Assembly (NCBI GenBank): GCA_903859075.1
Contig: CAIOLF010000024.1
Span: 5,048 to 69,047, forward strand
From: Candidatus Buchananbacteria bacterium
Lineage (GTDB): Bacteria > Patescibacteriota > Patescibacteriia > 2-01-FULL-39-33
Length of the DNA: 64,000 nucleotides
Direction: 5' to 3'
Position 1 is the stretch's first letter; every line of letters starts with the position of its first letter. Positions 30,253-40,294 of the stretch are shown here, piece after piece. The notes beneath the pieces are model-generated. The model ran no database searches, had not been told where the DNA came from, and saw nothing but the letters and a program-made list of their open reading frames with translations. The translations under genes and the position numbers were made by a program.

Positions 30253-31381
30253 TTATAATACCGAAATTACTTTTTTAATCTTGTATCCTTGGCAATGCTG
30301 GAGCAGCCCCAGATATGATTGTCGGCTTTGCTTCAATTTTTCAGCGCCAAGTAATCCAGATTCGGTTAGCAAGCGTTTTTCTTTCAACTTTTTTAGCATC
30401 CTTCTTTTGGTCTTGGTCCGTAAAACGCGATGATCAAAAAAATTAATCATGCCTAAAAAATCAACGCCCGAAGATAGTGTCTTAATAAAAATCTTGTCCG
30501 GATGTAAGGCTAATTTAAGTTTGTTTGACAAATAATCGCCTATCAGCGGAATTAAATTTTCCAAATATACTTTGTCGTCAAAAAATATTACAAAATCGTC
30601 GGCATAACGGATATAATGCTTTATTTTTAACTCATGTTTGATAAATTGATCAAATTTATTCAGATAAATATTGACCAGCAATTGCGAGGTAAGGTTGCCG
30701 AGCGGCAGGCCATGCGCCTTTGTATTTTCCCCCTCCCCTTTATAAGGGGAGGGTTGGGGAGGGGTAATTTCCGAATTATCATTACCCCCTCTGGCTCCCC
30801 GTTTGAAAGGGGGAGAAAAAAACACCTGCCGCAAAACTATCAATCACCTCATCCAATAAACCTAAAATTCTCTTATTGGGAATATATTCAGCTAAAATAT
30901 TTTTTAATATTCGATGGTCGATACTGGCAAAAAATTTCCTGATATCGCCTTTCAAAATCCAGCAAGTATGGGTATTATTTTTACTAACCGCATAGGCGAA
31001 TTTCTGGAATCTGACTAGGGCTTTATGCGTCCCTTTCCCTAGCCGGCAAGAATAGGAATCGCTGATGAAAATGCGATCGAAGAAAGGATACAAAATCCGA
31101 TAAATGGCATGATGGACTAATCTGTCCCTGACGCCGGCTTTATGGATGTTTCGGGGTTTGGGATCGCAGATGTTAAAGGCCTGATAGCCGCCATGGCGAT
31201 AATTGCCAGTTGCCGGATCAGAGTGCAATGCGATAAGATTATTCATGAGGCGCGATTGGAACTGCTGGACGTCTGATTTATTTCTTTTGCCTTTGATAAA
31301 TTCTCGCCAGGCGGATAATAAATTTTCTAAACTAATAATATCTTCAAACGTATGGCTCAATTGGATTTTGTTCCGGTTCAT
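30253..31381 (-). CDS. DGR reverse transcriptase, split by a +1 frameshift near 30815-30825 at a palindromic insertion
   Basis: N part (start ATG 31381): PKPRNI, RDRLVHHAI, SYSCRLGKGTH, KGDIRKFFASIDH. C part: GLPLGNLTSQLLVNIYL, YIRYADDF, VDFLG, SYLG. Adjacent to the TR/VR pair. Confidence 0.9.
30728..30815. repeat. GC-rich bipartite palindromic (REP-like) element inside RT
   Basis: CCCTCCCCTT-TAT-AAGGGGAGGG-TTGGGGAGGGGTAAT...ATTACCCCCTC..CTCCCC..GGGGAG; related copy at 62751-62849. Confidence 0.75.
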
Positions 31382-31778
31382 AATGATAAAATAAATTCTA
31401 CCCCCCCCCTCGTCCACGAATTTATTCATTTTTAATAAAGCCGTTGCCGCGTACAAATCGTGGCATGAGTGGCTGAAAAACTTTCCCAAACACTCGCGCT
31501 ATGCTCTGGGCTCGCGGGCCGACCAGATATTTCTTGATCTGCTGGAACTGCTGTTTACGGCCGGCTATCTGCCTAAAAATAAAAAACTGGAGCCGGCAAT
31601 AAAATCCATCGGCAAAATAGATCTGTTGAAATTTTATCTGCGCTTATGCTGGGAAATGAAACTTCTAAGCGACAATAAATTCCAAATTCTGGGTGTAAAA
31701 ATGGAGGAAATCGGCCGGCTGTCGTGGGCCTGGAAAAATAATTTAGAAAAAACATCCTCGCCGGAAGCGAAGATGTAA
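31352..31778 (+). CDS. avd: DGR accessory variability determinant (Avd, four-helix bundle), frameshifted at a C9 tract
   Basis: Hand translation of 31428-31778: ...YKSWHEWLKNFPKHSRYALGSRADQIFLDLLE...IDLLKFYLRLCWEMKLL...MEEIGRLSWAWK. No in-frame ATG/GTG/TTG ahead of this domain; ATG 31352 joins the frame by a +1 shift at 31401-31409. Confidence 0.82.
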
Positions 31779-31793
31779 AGCAAAAAACCGCTG

Positions 31794-31916
31794 GCGGACA
31801 ACCGCGAAACGCCAGTTGTCGTTGAAGTCATTCTCAATCCTGTTGAGGTTCAGGTTGCGCTTCTGATCATTCCTGTTCAGATACGCGAAGTTGCGATTGC
31901 CATCGGGATGAAGCCG
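31794..31916 (-). ncRNA. DGR template repeat (TR)
   Basis: 123-bp ungapped match to 32174-32296; AAC-rich on the minus strand (reads RLHPDGNRNFAYLNRNDQKRNLNLNRIENDFNDNWRFAVVR). Confidence 0.95.
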
Positions 31917-32095
31917 ATTATACGCCCGATACCGTCAGGAACACCGCCGATTGAATGCTCTCTCGGCTGAATCTTGCTTGGGATCTTTAAATCCGCCAGT
32001 ATCGGGCGCCAAGCAGTTTTTTGTTTTTTTAGGTATTCCCGAGCCGTAGCCGGGGAAATATTAACCTACTTTCATTATAGATAAATATGTTAAAA

Positions 32096-32132
32096 AGAAA
32101 AAGGCCTGCCCGACAGAAATCGTCAGACAGGC
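32096..32132 (-). terminator. Hairpin + U-tract downstream of VR
   Basis: Minus strand GCCTGTCTGAC-GATTTCT-GTCGGGCAGGC followed by CTTTTTCTTTTT. Confidence 0.6.
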
Positions 32133-32155
32133 GCAAGGGGTCAAACTTCAAGGGG

Positions 32156-32857
32156 TCAAGGAGCCACCTGCTCGCGGACAACCGCGAAACGCCAGCCGTC
32201 GCGGAAGCCATCCCCAACCCTGCCGAGGTGCAGGTAGCGCCTCCGACCACCCCCGTCCAGATCCGCGAAGTCGCGAGAGCCACCGGGATGAAGCCGGATA
32301 CTTCCGAGCGCGGCAATCGGAAACTTCCGTTGCAAGTCGCGCTGCGTCGCTCCCAAAGCCAGCAACTCCTCGATACGCGCGAAGCGGTACCGATAGCCGG
32401 CTTTTTGCTCGGCCAGCCACTGGTTGACCGCTTCCAATTCGGCGATGACCGCATCGCCATTGTTGAAATAGCGGTCAAAGTGGAGCAGTTCCACTTTTAC
32501 GGCCGTCTTGCCGATTCCCTTGACGGGAAAATGCTCAGCCGTGATTTCGGGATGAACGGAGTCATACCCACCGGCAGAGATCATTTGCCCCAGGTCTTGG
32601 CTGAAGTCAACCACAACAGCCCAGGTCGACTCGAAGTATTTGGAGACGACTTCAGCGGCCTGTCGCGCTTCCGCGACAATCATTTCGGCGATCTTACGGA
32701 GTGTCTCCTCGCCTTTGGCGCTTGCCAAATAGCAGATGCACTCTCCGACATTACCGCCTACCTCCTTGATAAACTTCACGAGAGCGATAATGACCTGCTC
32801 GATCATGCCCATCAGTGACACGATCAACTCCGGTTTTTCCGATGTTCCTTTGGCCAT
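32156..32857 (-). CDS. DGR target (variable) protein
   Basis: AAGGAGG SD before ATG 32857; C-terminus encoded by VR, ending ...GWRFAVVR. Confidence 0.9.
   Translation of the reverse strand: MAKGTSEKPELIVSLMGMIEQVIIALVKFIKEVGGNVGECICYLASAKGEETLRKIAEMIVAEARQAAEVVSKYFESTWAVVVDFSQDLGQMISAGGYDSVHPEITAEHFPVKGIGKTAVKVELLHFDRYFNNGDAVIAELEAVNQWLAEQKAGYRYRFARIEELLALGATQRDLQRKFPIAALGSIRLHPGGSRDFADLDGGGRRRYLHLGRVGDGFRDGWRFAVVREQVAP
32174..32296 (-). repeat. DGR variable repeat (VR)
   Basis: 24 mismatches versus TR, 23 at TR adenines (minus strand). Confidence 0.95.
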
Positions 32858-32939
32858 GGTAGGCCTCCTTTCGATTTTCGGCTCGCCCCTCATTCCGGAC
32901 CAATTCCAGAACCCCAGACTCGCCAAATGTACCGCCATA

Positions 32940-32968
32940 TTTATAGCATATTATTTATATTTTGTCAA
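32940..32968 (-). promoter_or_regulatory. Sigma-70 promoter of the DGR target gene
   Basis: Minus strand TTGACA-17 nt-TATAAA with TGn extended -10. Confidence 0.65.
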
Positions 32969-33029
32969 TAATTTTGAAACATTTTCAAATTGACAAATAT
33001 TTTATTTAAATTTGAATAAAAAAAATAAA

Positions 33030-33057
33030 AGGGCAGGCACAAGGCACTGCCCCCTAC
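33030..33057 (-). repeat. GTAG-type REP-like palindrome
   Basis: Minus strand GTAGGGGGCAGTGCCTTGTGCCTGCCCT. Confidence 0.5.
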
Positions 33058-33178
33058 AATATGCAATACTAATTAATAAACCTAATAAAAAGTCCTCAAA
33101 ATATCCCTAAAAAATAATTGCCACGACTTCTTTTTTTTGCTATAATTACCTTGTTAAACTAGCTAAAATAACCCCTAA

Positions 33179-35338
<2,160 letters not shown>

Positions 35339-35396
35339 AAAGAAATTAAGAAATTAGGAAATTAAAAAATTTAGGGCTTAATTATTTTTACACAAA

Positions 35397-35427
35397 AAAA
35401 GTCCCGAATTAATTCGGGACTTCTTTT
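35397..35427. terminator. Bidirectional terminator gyrB/greA
   Basis: AAAAGTCCCGAATT-AATTCGGGACTTCTTTT. Confidence 0.65.
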
Positions 35428-35464
35428 GTTATTTCCTTAATCTCTGAATTTCTTAGTTTCTTAA

Positions 35465-35926
35465 TTACTCAATTTTATCAATCTTGCATTTGATCTTTCC
35501 GGCCGGGATATTGATTTCAAATTCATGGCCGACCGCTTTGCCGATAAAGGCCATCCCGAGCGGCGACTCGTTGGAAATCTTGCCGCTGGCCGGGTCGGCC
35601 TCGCTATGGCCCACGATCATATACTTTATTTTCTGGCCATTGTCGCAAGTAGCGTGCACTGTTGATCCTAAGCCGACCGTGGATGATCTTTGGGACGCTT
35701 CAATGACAACAGCATTTTTAATCAGAGCTTCCAACTCGAGAACACGGCCTTCAATAAAACTCTGCTTATCGCGGGCATCGTGATACTCGGCGTTCTCCGA
35801 CAGGTCGCCGAGCTCGCGGGCGCGGGCAATACGTTCGATCACTTCCGGTCGCTCGACATTTTTTAAATTTTCCAGCTCCTGTTTGACCTTTTCCAGACCG
35901 TCTGGAGAGATGTAACTGTCTTTCAT
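35465..35926 (-). CDS. greA: Transcription elongation factor GreA
   Basis: ARELGDLSENAEY, ISNESPLG. Confidence 0.96.
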   Translation of the reverse strand: MKDSYISPDGLEKVKQELENLKNVERPEVIERIARARELGDLSENAEYHDARDKQSFIEGRVLELEALIKNAVVIEASQRSSTVGLGSTVHATCDNGQKIKYMIVGHSEADPASGKISNESPLGMAFIGKAVGHEFEINIPAGKIKCKIDKIE

Positions 35927-36025
35927 GAATAATGATATTTAATAATGATAGTTAAAAGGATATCAGAAACGTCGGATACTGTCAAACGTTGTTATCCGGA
36001 ATTTTACCCCAGGCCGATATTTTCC

Positions 36026-37927
36026 CTATTTAAACCAATATTCTAATATTTCCCTAGCAATCGGGGTGGCAACGCTGCTGCCCTCCCCCCCCTCTTCAAA
36101 TAGCACCGTAACGGCAAAAGTCGGATTATCATAAGGCGCGAAGGCGGTAAACCAGGCATGATTTTTTTTGGTGGTGTTCCACTGAGCCGTGCCGGTCTTT
36201 CCCGCTACCGCCACTTTGAAATCACTCAGGCTCTTAGCCGACCCGGTTTTCACCGTTTCTCGCATGCCCTCCCTGACAATATTGATGTTTTCCTTGGAGA
36301 TAAAATTCTCCCTGACAATTTGGGGCGGAAAAGATTCTTTGCTGCCGTCGGGGCGCACTAGGCCCAGCGCCAGATGCGGCCGCAAATATCTGCCGCCGTT
36401 AGCGACAGTTGCCGTCCAAGCATTGACTTGCAGCGGCGTCACTAGCAAGTCGCCCTGACCGATCGAAATATGGTAAGTATCGCCGATATACCATTGTTCT
36501 TTTTTTACTTCTTCTTTCCATTGCGGCGTCGGCACAAAGCCGCCGCGTTCTCCGGGCAGATCAATGCCAGTCGGCTCTCCCAGGCCGAAAAGACGGAAAT
36601 ATTTTACCAGCCGGTCTACCCCTAAACCTTTAAAATCGCCGAAACCGCCCCCGATATAATAAAAGAAGGTGTTGACCGACTGAGCAATGGCTTTAATGAC
36701 ATTAGTGGCGCCATGTCCGCCAGCCTTCCAATCTGGGAAAAACCACTCTTTTACTTTCAGTCCTCCGGTACTGTTAACGATCGTATTTATGGTGATTATT
36801 TTTTCTTGCAAGGCCGCGGCGGCGATTGTCGGCTTGATAGTGGAACCGGAGGGATATTCGCCAAAAATCGACCGGGTAAACAATGGCTTATTGGGATCTT
36901 CCAATAGTTTTTTATAATCATCCGGCTTGATGCCTGGGGCAAAAAGATTATTATCATAGCTGGGATAATCAACCAAGGCCAAAATCTCTCCGGTCTGAGG
37001 ATTAGAGACCACTACCGAACCGCGGCCGTCCTTGATATGATTTTGTAAAATCTCATAAATCTTTTTTTGCAGCTGGCAGTCAACCGATAAAATCAGGCTA
37101 GCGCCGGCGACGTACTGGGTCTGGGAAATGACTTTCTTTTCCCGGCCCAGAGCATCAACTTCGATTCTTTTTTGTCCACGCTGTCCTTTGAGGTAGCTCT
37201 CATATTGCTTTTCCAGTCCCGCTTTGCCAATGTTGTCGCTAAGCAGATAAGTGCTTTTATTCTTCTCGTACGCCGGGGCATCAATCTTGCCGACATAGCC
37301 CAAAAGGTGAGACCAAGATGGTCCGGCCAGATATTGCCTCCAAGAATCAATATCCAGATAAACTCCTGGCATGTCCGAGCTGATTATCTTCAAATACATC
37401 GCCTGCTCATAACCAATACCAGTCTTAATAATAATCGACTGATAATAATACTTTGAAGAATCCTTGAGCTTAGCTTCAATCTCCTGGCTGGTAATTCCCG
37501 CCAGAGAGGCGGCCGTATTTATGACTTCGCTTCTTTTATCGCTATCTTTGGGCAGGTCGGCGGGTATAATCGACAAAGAAAAGCCAAACACATTCTGCAC
37601 CAAGGACTGTCCATTGCGGTCATAGATAATGCCGCGATCGGCCTTGGTGTATTCGGTCTTAATCCGATTTTCTTCAGCCAAAGAAAAATAATAATCGCCT
37701 TTGATTATCTGCAGATAAAAACTCTTGGCAAACAATACGACCAAGCCGAGCAGCAGCAGCAGATAAAATAATCTGATTTTTTTAGCAGTCAAGGACAAGC
37801 TTAAAAAACCGGCACCCGCGCCGGAAGAAATTGAAGTGGGCGAACTAAAACTGTCCTCCACCCAGCGGACTGAGCTTTTTCTCTCCAAGTCAACATTTTT
37901 GCTTTCAAAGAATATATTGTTTTTCAT
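36026..37927 (-). CDS. mrdA: Penicillin-binding protein 2
   Basis: STIK (SxxK), SVN (SxN), KTG motifs; follows mreBCD. Confidence 0.93.
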   Translation of the reverse strand: MKNNIFFESKNVDLERKSSVRWVEDSFSSPTSISSGAGAGFLSLSLTAKKIRLFYLLLLLGLVVLFAKSFYLQIIKGDYYFSLAEENRIKTEYTKADRGIIYDRNGQSLVQNVFGFSLSIIPADLPKDSDKRSEVINTAASLAGITSQEIEAKLKDSSKYYYQSIIIKTGIGYEQAMYLKIISSDMPGVYLDIDSWRQYLAGPSWSHLLGYVGKIDAPAYEKNKSTYLLSDNIGKAGLEKQYESYLKGQRGQKRIEVDALGREKKVISQTQYVAGASLILSVDCQLQKKIYEILQNHIKDGRGSVVVSNPQTGEILALVDYPSYDNNLFAPGIKPDDYKKLLEDPNKPLFTRSIFGEYPSGSTIKPTIAAAALQEKIITINTIVNSTGGLKVKEWFFPDWKAGGHGATNVIKAIAQSVNTFFYYIGGGFGDFKGLGVDRLVKYFRLFGLGEPTGIDLPGERGGFVPTPQWKEEVKKEQWYIGDTYHISIGQGDLLVTPLQVNAWTATVANGGRYLRPHLALGLVRPDGSKESFPPQIVRENFISKENINIVREGMRETVKTGSAKSLSDFKVAVAGKTGTAQWNTTKKNHAWFTAFAPYDNPTFAVTVLFEEGGEGSSVATPIAREILEYWFK

Positions 37928-38445
37928 GAATGTAAAAAAACCGGCTTAAATCTTTTGGACAAGTAATTTATAAACAAAAAGGCCAGCGCCAAAAAGATCA
38001 CAACATTAACCAGCTGCCAGCCAATCGCGCCCAAGTAACGCCAGTTAGTAAAATACTCGCTGCCGCCCAGATAGTAAATCAAGCCCGAGAAGGACAGAAA
38101 AAATAGATTGTAAACTAAGACGCCGATACTTCCAATAATCAACAAAGAATAAAAGGAGCGATTAGTAAAAAAATTCTTAAAGAGCGCCTCCAAAATAATG
38201 GCCGTCAGCAAATAGCTGACCATAAAAATTCCGAAGGGCAGGCTGGAATAAATGTCCATAATAACGCCGCTCAGAACCAGAAACCAGATAACGCGCTCAA
38301 AAGAGCTCAGATTAACCAGCAGCACCAAGATAATTAGCAGCAAGTCGAAATTGGCCATAATCGCATTCTGGCTGGACGAGAGAAAAACTTGGCCGGCGGC
38401 GGCCAGAATAATGACAATGGACCAGAGGATATATTTATACCACAT
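37924..38445 (-). CDS. mreD: Rod shape protein MreD
   Basis: Polytopic membrane protein, GVIMDIYSSLPFG, between mreC and mrdA. Confidence 0.75.
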   Translation of the reverse strand: MWYKYILWSIVIILAAAGQVFLSSSQNAIMANFDLLLIILVLLVNLSSFERVIWFLVLSGVIMDIYSSLPFGIFMVSYLLTAIILEALFKNFFTNRSFYSLLIIGSIGVLVYNLFFLSFSGLIYYLGGSEYFTNWRYLGAIGWQLVNVVIFLALAFLFINYLSKRFKPVFLHS

Positions 38446-38451
38446 AAAAAA

Positions 38452-39246
38452 TCAGGGAATAATCACTAATACATAACTCAGATCGGCAAAAGAGACTATG
38501 GGCTTAAGGATGGCTGTTTTAAAAATCTCGCTTTCAACCTCTTTGACCGATTCCACCCGGGCGATCAATAAATTCTTTGGTATCTGCCCTTCCAATCCGG
38601 AAGTGACTATCGTATCGCCTTCCTTGATCTGCTGATTGCGGGCAATATTAGTCATGGAAAAGCTCAGTCCGAATTGACCTTCGACTAAGCCGGCCGTCCG
38701 ATCAGAATTTTGCACCGTTGCCGCTACCTTGCTCTTATTGTCCGTGAGCAGCAACACTTTGGAAAAACCATCTCCTACTTCCGTCAGTTTTCCCACCAAC
38801 ACGCCGTTTTCAGTTACTACTGCCATTCCTTTTAGCAACCCCTCGTGCTGCCCCCGATTGATAACCACCGTCTGAGAGTAAGGATCGGCCACGCCGCTAA
38901 TAATTTTAGCCGCGACATGCTTAAGCTGACTTTCACTGGCGAAGCCAAGTTCTTTTTTTAATAACTCATTTTCTTCTTGGAGCGCCTTAATGCGGCTAAC
39001 ATCAATCTGGTTGCTTTTTAATTGCTCCCGCAACTGGCTGTTTTCCGCCAACAAATCCTTTTTCTTTAGCCAGGAATCATAAAAGGATTTCCCCTGGCCG
39101 CTGACGGCGCGCGTGCCCTGCTGCAAAGGCGAGAAAATTCTGACCGCCAACCCTTCCACCGGCCCGAGCCAGCCGATAAAATGTAAAAAAATTAAGACGG
39201 CAATGATGACCAGGCCAACTATTGCCGATTTGAAAAATTTATTCAT
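38452..39246 (-). CDS. mreC: Rod shape protein MreC
   Basis: TM, coiled coil, INRG..EG...GMAV, GDTIVTSGL. Confidence 0.92.
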   Translation of the reverse strand: MNKFFKSAIVGLVIIAVLIFLHFIGWLGPVEGLAVRIFSPLQQGTRAVSGQGKSFYDSWLKKKDLLAENSQLREQLKSNQIDVSRIKALQEENELLKKELGFASESQLKHVAAKIISGVADPYSQTVVINRGQHEGLLKGMAVVTENGVLVGKLTEVGDGFSKVLLLTDNKSKVAATVQNSDRTAGLVEGQFGLSFSMTNIARNQQIKEGDTIVTSGLEGQIPKNLLIARVESVKEVESEIFKTAILKPIVSFADLSYVLVIIP

Positions 39247-39256
39247 AAATTTGGTC

Positions 39257-40291
39257 CTATTGCGAAGACGGGACAATCACGTCTTTTAACAATCCAAAAT
39301 TATCCAACAAATACCCCATGCCGCGGACAGCGCAAGTCTGCGGATCATCAGCGACATGGACGGGAATTTGAATGTCCCGGGCGATATATTCATCCAGCCC
39401 CTTAAGCATGGCCGTGCCGCCGGTTAAAATAATGCCCTTTTGATAAATATCCGCCACTAGCTCCGGCGGGGTAGTTTCCAAAGTTAATTTGATAATATCC
39501 AAGATCTTATGGACCGATTTAGCAACGGCCTCTTGCACCTGTGAATTATTAACGTTAAATTCTTTCGGCAGGCCGGTAATTACGTCGCGGCCGCGCATGG
39601 GCATTGACAGCGGCTCCTTGAGCGGCAGCGCCGAACCGATTTTCTTCTTAATATCCTCAGCCACCATCTCGCCCAGAACCAGATTGAATTCCTCGCGGGC
39701 AAAAGCGATGATGTCTTTATCCAAAGAAACGCCGGCGACGCGGGAAACTTTCCAATTCACGATACCGTCGAGGGAGATTACCGCGACTTCCGTCAACCCG
39801 CCGCCCAAATTAACCACCATATTGCCGCTGGGCTCCTGAATCGGCACGCGGGCGCCAATGGCGGAAGCAATAATATTTTCCACTAAGAAAACCTCCGAAG
39901 CGCCGGCCGCTAGCACGGCGTCCTCAACCGCTTTTTTCTCCACTGCCGTTACGTCAAGCGGCACGCCAATAACGACCCGGGGCATCGAAGAAAAAAAACC
40001 GTGGGCTTTTACCCGGCTCATGAAATACTTAAGCATTTTCTCGGCTACCTCGAAATCAGCGATAATGCCGTACTCGAGCGGCTTAGTCGTCACGATATGC
40101 GGCGGCGTCTTACCCAGCATTTTCCGCGCCTCATCCCCAATCGCCAAAATTTGGTCAGTGCGGGTATTTACCGCCACTACTGACGATTCATTAATCACTG
40201 TTCCCCTATCCTGCTGATAAATCAAGGTATAAGAACTGCCCAGATCAATGCCCAATCCTTTATTAAATCTCCCCAAAAACTTTTTCAGCAT
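39257..40291 (-). CDS. mreB: Rod shape actin MreB (paralogue 1, divergent)
   Basis: GIDLGSS, INESSVVA, TPPELVADI, LTGG. Confidence 0.92.
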   Translation of the reverse strand: MLKKFLGRFNKGLGIDLGSSYTLIYQQDRGTVINESSVVAVNTRTDQILAIGDEARKMLGKTPPHIVTTKPLEYGIIADFEVAEKMLKYFMSRVKAHGFFSSMPRVVIGVPLDVTAVEKKAVEDAVLAAGASEVFLVENIIASAIGARVPIQEPSGNMVVNLGGGLTEVAVISLDGIVNWKVSRVAGVSLDKDIIAFAREEFNLVLGEMVAEDIKKKIGSALPLKEPLSMPMRGRDVITGLPKEFNVNNSQVQEAVAKSVHKILDIIKLTLETTPPELVADIYQKGIILTGGTAMLKGLDEYIARDIQIPVHVADDPQTCAVRGMGYLLDNFGLLKDVIVPSSQ

Positions 40292-40294
40292 AAT

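Noticed and set aside
30253-31489. RT as group II intron, retron or CRISPR-associated RT
   Set aside because: Short RT with no maturase/endonuclease extension, plus an adjacent adenine-specific TR/VR pair and Avd, indicate a DGR
31382-31489. N-terminal extension of the RT ORF (MGKFF...)
   Set aside because: It is the antisense of avd; RT-like sequence begins near ATG 31381, although an upstream start crossing the G9 tract cannot be fully excluded
31573-32818. ORFs 31573-31755, 31634-31837, 32029-32478, 32087-32818 and 32148-32420
   Set aside because: Shadow frames of avd, TR and the target gene with no recognisable motifs
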